Assembly (NCBI GenBank): GCA_950097015.1
Contig: CATNEN010000039.1
Span: forward strand, 8,742,001 to 8,806,000
Reading direction: 5' to 3'
DNA length: 64,000 nucleotides
DNA from: Macrostomum hystrix
Taxonomy: Eukaryota > Animalia > Platyhelminthes
A model generated the notes under the pieces. That model saw only the letters and a list, made by a program, of their open reading frames with translations. It was not told where the DNA came from and searched no databases. Made by a program: the position numbers and the translations under genes. Below, piece after piece: positions 52,536 to 61,432 of the stretch; within the stretch, counting starts at the first letter, position 1, and each line of letters starts with the position of its first letter.

Positions 52536-52852
52536 CCTAACACGTGTCTTACATGTCTAACACCAGTCTAACGCATCCAGCACAGGTCTAACACGTGTCT
52601 TACATGTCTAACACCGGTCTTACGTATCCAGCACAGGTCTAACACGTGTCTTACATGTCTAACACCAGTCTTACGTATCCAGCACAGGTCTAACACGTGT
52701 CTTACATGTCTAACACCAGTCTTACGTATCCAGCACAGGTCTAACACGTGTCTTACATGTCTAACACCAGTCTAACGTATCCAGCACAGGTCTAACACGT
52801 GTCTTACATGTCTAACACCAGTCTTACATATCCAGCACAGGTCTAACACGTA
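52536..52852. repeat. 51-bp minisatellite (~6 copies) built from ~10-bp subunits
   Basis: ctaacacgtgtcttacatgtctaacaccagtcttacgtatccagcacaggt. Confidence 0.9.
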
Positions 52853-53109
52853 ACAGATTAGTGTAGAATAGTTACAATGTATTTATTCACCACAAATTTA
52901 TCATTATTTAGTATAATATTCCAAACAAAAAATGAGTAAATTTGTAATATATAACACGTGTCTAACATGTCTATTACGTGTCTAAACTGTCTAACATCTC
53001 GAAAATGTGTCTAGTGTCTATGATCTCACGAATTTAGAGGCTGATCGCGAATTACGCTCGTTCAAAAAGTTAAAATCTCGGGTGAGGTGAGGCAGTGGCA
53101 CATCATTTG

Positions 53110-53320
53110 GTGACACTGGACCCGTAGCCAGCGAGGAGGCAATTCTGCCCATTTTGATGACTCCTGAGCACACACGCACACAGACACCGTTCGCAGGCAC
53201 TCGCTCACACAGGTGTGTACACCTGTCCTGACTTTCTCACCGTCGGGCCCAAATAAATGTGGTCTGGCCGAGGAATCGAAGTTGGGGTCGTTGATGCGAG
53301 ACCCTCGATGTACCTCCCAA
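53110..53320 (-). mobile_element. SINE-like element, copy C
   Basis: reverse complement ttcgattcctcggccagaccacattt...gtgtacacacctgtgtgagcgagtgcctgcg...ctcaggagtca...gcagaattgcctcctcgctggc aligns with copy A. Confidence 0.72.
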
Positions 53321-53651
53321 AATTTGCCGCGAATTTCTGTAATAAGCACTGAAATGCCTTGCTCAATCTTCAGGTTTTGTGGGTCAAGTTAGAGATAACG
53401 CACAGGTGATCGTAAGTGTTACAAAAAGCCAGTGTTATACGTAATTGGACTGCGTGGCTTTGTTTGCCTAAGTGCTCAAGCTTCAGGAAGAAGCTAAACA
53501 TTGATCATAATCCTTTCACTTTTTTCTAGCTTACAATCAGCCCATCATATGCATAGCCCAAGTGGCATTATAAAATTTTATGACAGTTTAATTGTAACAC
53601 TTGGCGAACCTGTGCATGCAATTTTTTTAAGTTTTTCATTAAAAAACGACT

Positions 53652-54361
53652 CAGTTCAACTAGCCCTGACACTGTTCAACTAGCCCTGACACTGTTCAAC
53701 TAGCCCTGACACTGTTCAACTAGCCCTGACACTGTTGAACTAGCCCTCACACTGTTCAACTAGCCCTGACACTGTTCAACTAGCCCTCACACTGTTGAAC
53801 TAGCCCTGACACTGTTCAACTAGCCCTGACACTGTTGAACTAGCCCTGACACTGTTCAACTAGCCCTGACACTGTTCAACTAGCCCTGACACTGTTCAAC
53901 TAGCCCTGACACTGTTCAACTAGCCCTGACACTGTTCAACTAGCCCTGACACTGTTCAACTAGCCCTGACACTGTTGAACTAGCCCTGACACTGTTCAAC
54001 TAGCCCTGACACTGTTGAACTAGCCCTGACACTGTTCAACTAGCCCTGACACTGTTCAACTAGCCCTGACACTGTTCAACTAGCCCTGACACTGTTCAAC
54101 TAGCCCTGACACTGTTCAACTAGTCCTGACACAGTTCAATAACCCACTGACACAGTTCAATAACCCACTGACACAGTTCAATAACCCACTGACACAGTTC
54201 AATAACCCACTGACACAGTTCAATAACCCACTGACACAGTTCAATAACCCACTGACACAGTTCAATAACCCACTGACACAGTTCAATAACCCACTGACAC
54301 ACACACACACACACACACGCACACACACACACACACGCACACACACACACGCACACACACA
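53652..54361. repeat. 20-bp then 21-bp minisatellite followed by (CA)n
   Basis: actagccctgacactgttca, then ataacccactgacacagttca, then a CA microsatellite. Confidence 0.93.
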
Positions 54362-54711
54362 GCCCTGGTCTGATTGATCTGGTGTGCCAGCCCATAAGCC
54401 AGACACTTGGCAGCGGATTAATCTGGAAGCGATCTGGAATCGCTTGCCTATAGGCTTATCTGCATAGCGGTTCTTGTCAAACAGAATCCCAGATGGCAGA
54501 AATGCCAGCCGGAAAGCCAACATGAGCAATTACTATGCACACGATAGAGTTGAGAATATTGTGAGCTGCATAAATTATAATAGTGATTTCCTGAATAGGA
54601 TTATTTCAATGCCAATCTTAAATTTTCGTTTCGAAAAAATACTAATTACTTTTACACCTTTTTGTGACCTCAACTTAGTGGGTCAGTTCCACTGTTGTCA
54701 GTTCCATTGTG

Positions 54712-54897
54712 GGTCAGTTTCCCTAGCTGGTCAGTTTCCCTAGCTGGTCAGTTTCCCTAGCTGGTCAGTTTCCCTAGCTGGTCAGTTTCCCTAGCTGGTC
54801 AGTTTCCCTAGCTGGTCAGTTTCCCTAGCTGGTCAGTTTCCCTAGCTGGTCAGTTTCCCTAGCTGGTCAGTTTCCCTAGCTGGTCAGTTTCCCTAGT
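54712..54897. repeat. 17-bp minisatellite (~11 copies)
   Basis: ggtcagtttccctagct. Confidence 0.92.
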
Positions 54898-55387
54898 AGA
54901 GCCCTGATAAACCAATCAGTCCAGGCATTCAGAATGAAATATGAAATACAGGCTCGCCCCACACAGTACTTGCACTTAGATAATTGCTCGACTCAAATAT
55001 TTTTTAATTATATTGGAGCTTATGTAGACGCTTTCAGAATTAATAATCATAATAAATACTGATGAGGCCCATTGACAAAGAAAGGTCATCGGTTTAAAAT
55101 CATGTATCTTAGAAATATTCATTTTTTTAAATTGCGGATAGATGAAACATCAAACTCCTTTGATCCAACCGTATTGTTTGTTTCTCTAGGAAAAACTGCC
55201 TATTCAATATCAACTTACAATGCTATAGTTACAATAGAAAAAAATATTTACTGATTTTTGCTCCATGCAGCTAAAAAAAGCAGTAGCGATTCGAAAATTA
55301 AAATAACGTTTTTCTGAATAGCTAGGCCTCACAACAAGTCGAGTTTTTAGCGGAAAAATTTCCTGCTTAAGTGGCTTGTTATTCTAA

Positions 55388-56165
55388 ACTACCCTGCCGC
55401 CCCCCTGCCACCTATAATGCAACCTTGCCACCCACCTACTAGCCTACCCTGCTACCCTACTAGCCTACCCTGCTACCCTACTAGCCTACCCTGCTACCCT
55501 ACTAGCCTACCCTGCCGCCCACATTCAAGCCTACCCTGCCGCCCACATGCTAGAGTACCCTGCCACCCACATGCTAGTCTACCCTGCCGCCCACATGCTA
55601 GCCTACCCTTCCGCCCACCTACTAGCCTACCCTGACACCCACCCAATAGCATACCCTACCGCCCACATGTTAGTCTACCCTTCCGCCCTTGCGCCCACCT
55701 ACTAGCCTACTCTGCCACCCACCCACTAGCATACCCTACCGCCCACATGCTAGTCTACCCTTCCGCCCACATTCAAGCCTACCCTGCCGCCCACATGCTA
55801 GTCTACACTGCCACCCACATGCTAGTCTACCCTGCCACCCACATGCTAGCCTACCCTGCCGCCCACCTACTAGCCTACCCTACCGCCAACCTACTAGTCT
55901 ACCCTTCCGCCCACATTCAAGCCTACCCTGCCGCCCACATGCTAGTCTACCCTGCCACCCACATGCTAGTCTACCCTGCCGCCCACCTACTAGCCTACCC
56001 TACCGCCAACCTACTAGTCTACCCTTCCGCCCACATTCAAGCCTACCCTGCCACCCACATGCTAGTCTACCCTGCCACCCACATGCTAGTCTACCCTGCC
56101 GCCCACATGCTAGTCTACCCTTCCGCCCACATGCAAGCCTACCCTGCCGCCCACCTACTTGGCTG
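55388..56165. repeat. 24-bp C-rich minisatellite upstream of the GPCR
   Basis: ctagtctaccctgccgcccacatg. Confidence 0.9.
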
Positions 56166-56339
56166 CCTTGCCGCCCGCCTTGTTGCCAGCATTGGCGTCA
56201 CCCATTGGCTGTCTCGCAATTGGCTCCCATCTGTTCAGCCCATCTGTTCTTGTTATAAAAAAACTGGCATCATTGCCTATTCATTTTAGCCTCCTCCCTG
56301 AACTGCATTATTGTCTTGAAGTCTCTGAACTAAATCGTC

Positions 56340-59300
56340 ATGTCGACTGCATCGCCATTGTCTCTGGTTTTGAATTACAGCGTGGCAGCACTGACGGAAG
56401 TCGGGAACGTCAGCGCAGCGGAGGGCAAGACCAGTCAATTCGACCCCTACCTACTCTTGGCTGTCGTGCTGTTCATTACAGTCGACATCATCGGCGTGGC
56501 GGCCAACGTGTTCGTGCTGATAGTTCTGCTTCGCAACGACAGCAAGCAGGTGTACGAGATCTTCTGCACCGGACTCGCACTCACTGACCTGCTTTTCCTC
56601 ACCCTGACCGTGCCCATCACCACCCTGCAGTACGTCACGGACGCCTGGCTGCTGGGAGCTCTGCTCTGCAAATTCACATTCTTTGTGGTCACGGTGAGAC
56701 CTGAGGCATGCCTGCTGCTTCAAACCAAGCAGACAAACCAATCACACCACCACCGGAAATCTCCCCGCACAGATGACCGTGGACTCCTCTGCCACCAACC
56801 ACCCCAACCGGAAATCTCCCCGCACAGATGACCGTGTACTCCTCTGCCACCAACCACCCCAACCGGAAATCTCCCCGCACAGATGACCGTGTACTCCTCT
56901 GCCACCAACCACCCCAACCGGAAATCTCCCCGCACAGATGACCGTGTACTCCTCTGCCACCAACCACCCCAACCGGAAATCTCCCCGCACAGATGACCGT
57001 GTACTCCTCTGCCACCAACCACCCCAACCGGAAATCTCCCCGCACAGATGACCGTGTACTCCTCTGCCACCAACCACCCCAACCGGAAATCTCCCCGCAC
57101 AGATGACCGTGTACTCCTCTGCCACCAACCACCCCAACCGGAAATCTCCCCGCACAGATGACCGTGTACTCCTCTGCCACCAACCACCCCAACCGGAAAT
57201 CTCCCCGCACAGATGACCGTGTACTCCTCTGCCACCAACCACCCCAACCGGAAATCTCCCCGCACAGATGACCGTGTACTCCTCTGCCACCAACCACCCC
57301 AACCGGAAATCTCCCCGCACAGATGACCGTGGACTCCTCTGCCACCAACCACCCCAACCGGAAATCTCCCCGCACAGATGACCGTGTACTCCTCTGCCAC
57401 CAATCACACCATCACCGGAAATCTCCCCGCACAGATGACCGTGGACTTCTCTGCCACCAACCACCCCAACCGGAAATCTCCCCGCACAGATGACCGTGTA
57501 CTCCTCTGCCACCAACCACCCCACCACCGGAAATCTCCCCGCACAGATGACCGTGGACTCCTCTGGCACCAACCACCCCAACCGGAAATCTCCCCGCACA
57601 GATGACCGTGTACTCCTCTGCCACCAACCACCCCACCACCGGAAATCTCCCCGCACAGATGACCGTGGACTCCTCTGCCACAAACCACCCCACCACCGGA
57701 AATCTCCCCGCACAGATGACCGTGTACTCCTCTGCCACCAACCACCCCAACCGGAAATCTCCCCGCACAGATGACCGTGGACTCCTGTGCCACCAACCAC
57801 CCCACCACCGGAAATCTCCCCGCACAGATGACCGTGGACTTCTCTGCCACCAACCACCCCAAACGAAATCTCCCCCGCACAGATGACCGTGGACTCCTCT
57901 GCCACCAACCACCCCAACCGGAAATCTCCCCGCACAGATGACCGTGGACTCCTGTGCCACTAACCACCCCAAACGAAATCTCCCCGCACAGATGACCGTG
58001 TACTCCTCTGCCACCATGCTCCTGGGCCTGACCTGCAGCCGATTCCTAGCCGTTGTGCATCCGTGGGAGAATAGAAAAATCAACCCGGCCAGAGCCAAGG
58101 CCGGCTGTCTGTTCGCCTGGATCTGTGAGTCAGCGGTGGACCTTCATAATGATAATAATATTTGCAGGAGAGCTGTGGACATTGGCGTATTAGCTCGTAT
58201 TTTGTGACAGTAGACCCGCAGCCAGCGAGGAGCCAGTTTTGCACATTCCGCTGTCTCCTGAGCACATACTCACATATGAGCACTTACATGGCCCCTGATG
58301 TATTGGGGTCCAATGTAAATGTATGTGTGTATTAGAACACTTAATTCATCCGTGGATACTGAAGGAACCACTGTGCCATCACTCCCATACCGATGTGTAC
58401 TAATTCATACTTTGGCTGGTGTTTCTAGGAAGTTGCTTCATGACATAGATTATGATTATAAGTTCTTGGCTACTGTCATGAACGGTGGGTACTGTCGCGA
58501 ACTGTGGGTACTGTCATGAACTGTGGGTACTGTCATGAACTGTGGGTACTGTCAATACCTGTGTTACTGTCACGAGCTGAGCTGTAGTAGATTAAAAGGA
58601 GCGACATAGGTGATTTGAGTAAACTGCCAAGGCTATGGTATTCACAATTGTGACAATCAATTACCCAGGCTCTAAGGCGAAACCAACTTTCGACTGACAG
58701 TTCTTGATTCAGCCCGAATTCAAGCTGCTGCAGCTGCTCCTTAGTCTCTTTAAACTAGGAACTTGCCCGTTCGTCCTAAGGTAACTCGTCCTAGAAAAAT
58801 CGCCATAAAAGACTTTTTTAGATGGGCTTCGAGACACACCGGCTCAGGCTACAGGCCCGCCATAATCCCTAAGCCGGTGGCTGGATGTGACAAAGGTGGC
58901 ACAGCCAAAAATTTTATCCGCCCTGCAATGGGGAGCATTCGAAATCTGGCGGGATATTCGGCTGGAAAGTAAATCCTCTTGCCAGCGAGTCCTTCCTGTC
59001 GTGTCCATATTGAAAAACTAATGGACACGAAAGGAAAGGAAATTAAAGGGGGATTAAGAAGGGAGAAGCGACTAATTCATTGTCGGCCTTCGTTTTCACT
59101 CGCTTAGGCGCCTACAGATATGATCACCACATCCGTGTCTCGCTTCTATTCAGCCTGGGTGGTCTCTGGTCACTCCATCCGTGTCTCGCTTCTATTCAGC
59201 CTGGGTGGTCTCTGGTCACTCCATCCGTGCATCGCTTCTATTCAGCCTGGGTGGTCTCTGGTCACTCCATCCGTGCATCGCTTCTATTCAGCCTGGGTGG

Positions 59301-60749
59301 TCTCTGGTCACTCCATCCGTGTCTCGCTTCTATTCAGCCTGGGTGGTCTCTGGTCACTCCATCCGTGCATCGCTTCTATTCAGCCTGGGTGGTCTCTGGT
59401 CACTCCATCCGTGCATCGCTTCTATTCAGCCTGGGTGGTCTCTGGTCACTCCATCCGTGCATCGCTTCTATTCAGCCTGGGTGGTCTCTGGTCACTGGTC
59501 ACCACATCCGTGTCTCGCTTCTATTCAGACTGGGTGGTCTCTGGTCGCTGGTGAGGCTTATTAGTTGTGAAGCGTCCTAAAGTTGTCATCAGGCTAGGTG
59601 TTACTGCAATATCTCTCTATTATCATATTATACTCATAATCTAGCTAGAGCTATGCGTGCTAACCAAAATTTTCTATATAAACCGCCCTGGCAGTCGGAG
59701 CCATGCTGAGCATCCCCCAGCCCATCGCATTCGTCGTTGTCGAGGAGGACGGCATCCCAATTTGTCGGGACTCCTTCGAGCTGGAGCGAAGTCGCGTGGC
59801 CAACTCCGTGGCCATCCTGCTGTTCTCCTATGTGCTGCCGTTCTTTGCAATGCTGATTATGAACTGCCTAATCGTCAGGAAGCTGAAGAAAGAGGTAGGT
59901 AGTACCTAGTCTGGAAGAGAAAGGACGTTAGTACTTTGTAACGCTCTTTAGATTTTCTGTTTCGGAACCGTTGTGGATTGGATGAGGCAATGGTGCGTCA
60001 ACCTTGCATGGTATAGCGCGTGCAAAAATGGAACGGGGCAATCAGGCTTGAAATTGCCATAATGTTGTTGCTAGAGCACTGAGGCACTCTGACTCGTGAG
60101 AACATGAATGTGTGTGCACATTTGCCCTGACTTTCTCATCTTCAGAGATTGGGGCTTGGCCTGTAGCTCATAAGCGATTCAGGTGTGATAGAGGTTGCTA
60201 CGGCTGAGATGTCACAATCGATCTAATTTAGTCACTTTCTTCACTTACCAGGACGGCCGGCCTAATGCATCGGACAAGAGGCGTGCCACCAAGCGCCGAC
60301 TGCGCACGAAAGTGACAAAGATGGTGATGCTTGTCACCCTGCTCTACGGCATCTGCTGGCTGCCCACCGAGCTCATTAACTTCTGGTACAACGGCCTGAG
60401 GCACGTGTTCCCGATGAATAACGCCATGCTGGTAGTGAAGATCTGCGCCAACGCGCTCCACTATGCCTCCTGCTGCGTCAATCCGATTGTCTACTCTATG
60501 CTGAGCGGCTCCTTCAAGGCAGCCATCGTCAAGCAGTTCCCCTCCATGGGTCGGCGACTCGCTGGCGGTGCCGAAGAACACGGAGCCGACGACGATGGCG
60601 TTGAACCCAGACGAGCACTCGGATGCATCGACGAGGACCCTACGTGCGCGGTTGTGGCGGCCGGCGGCGACAATTGCGACTGCGGTAGCGGCGATGAGTC
60701 GCCAGACGAGGAGTCGCTTGCCATCGGGGTGAGAACGACCAGGCTGTGA
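56340..60749 (+). CDS. rhodopsin-family neuropeptide GPCR (galanin/allatostatin-A-receptor-like); exons 56340-56693, 57992-58124, 59695-59894, 60252-60749
   Basis: TM1 ..AAN, LALTD, WLLGALLCK, SRFLAVVHP, SYVLP, CWLP, NPIVY; junction phases 0/1/0 consistent. Confidence 0.9.
56755..58015 (+). repeat. ~55-bp tandem array (about 23 copies) of the GPCR intron-1 acceptor plus exon-2 start
   Basis: unit ggaaatctccccgcacag|atgaccgtgtactcctctgccacc-aaccaccccaacc; the last copy runs into coding sequence. Confidence 0.95.
58210..58300 (-). mobile_element. SINE-like element, copy D (3' fragment)
   Basis: reverse complement gtgctcaggagacagcggaatgtgcaaaactggctcctcgctggc. Confidence 0.6.
59125..59548. repeat. 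46-bp minisatellite (~9 copies) in GPCR intron 2
   Basis: catccgtgcatcgcttctattcagcctgggtggtctctggtcactc. Confidence 0.93.
60080..60185 (-). mobile_element. SINE-like element, copy E (fragment)
   Basis: reverse complement ctgaagatgagaaagtcagggcaaatgtgcacac...ctcacgagtcag. Confidence 0.45.
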
Positions 60750-61417
60750 GTTTTCTCCAAGCGTCACGTTTGCTTTGACTCCTCTATTCTACTGTCTTGA
60801 GATGCATTCGTACGGATTCTACACGTTTCAGCTAAACGTATCCAAAACTTGCGTTTAAGACGTTCCTAATTTTGCTGTCAAAACGTTCCAGTAAAACTTG
60901 TTTAATTCTTGTAGCTTATTGCTTTGTAAGAGAAAATTATTTTTTCGGACACTTTATTCGCAAAAATTTCTGTTCCTTATGAAACTTCAAAAAGTTGCTT
61001 TGAATATTTTTTTGTTGAGAAAATGATTGCTAAACTTCTGAATGAAACTAACCGCGTGTTTTGTTCAATTTAGGCAAAAATGCAATATATAGCTCGTACA
61101 TCAATAATCTAGCGATTTATTGAGTTATGGGTAACTGTCGGGCTATGTCAATTGTTAGTGCAGTCACAGTCGTTGTTGTAATAGTTCAGTTTATTTAAGT
61201 GCGCGCGCGCCACCCCCGCCGCTGTTATTTACTTTGATGTGTCTTACACAACCACCCATCCTCCACCCTATTGTTATCTCGTGTGATTGCTGAATCATGC
61301 CTGTCTGGCACAATATATATTGATCGAAGGTGCACGGCTAGAGTTTGCGCTTGTGACTGTCCTGCAACCTGCTCAATGCGTTTGCTTCTGTTCTTCAATT
61401 AACCCACGACTTCACAT

Positions 61418-61432
61418 TGGCGACGAGGATGG
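61418..61432 (+). promoter_or_regulatory. primer-binding site complementary to the 3' end of tRNA-Ser(GCU)
   Basis: TGGCGACGAGGATGG, 1 nt after the LTR CA end, overlapping the gag ATG. Confidence 0.75.

Noticed and set aside
55059-55095. CTGATGA...GAAA hammerhead-like text
   Set aside because: No stem II closing onto GAAA and no stem III/UH site; CTGATGA instead pairs with downstream TCATCGG
464-59580. Many ORFs with periodic peptides (e.g. 18538-19281, 33908-34681, 36223-37058, 48889-49448, 55689-56289, 56689-58098 minus, 59080-59580)
   Set aside because: Translations of tandem repeats open in several frames; they lie in introns or intergenic DNA
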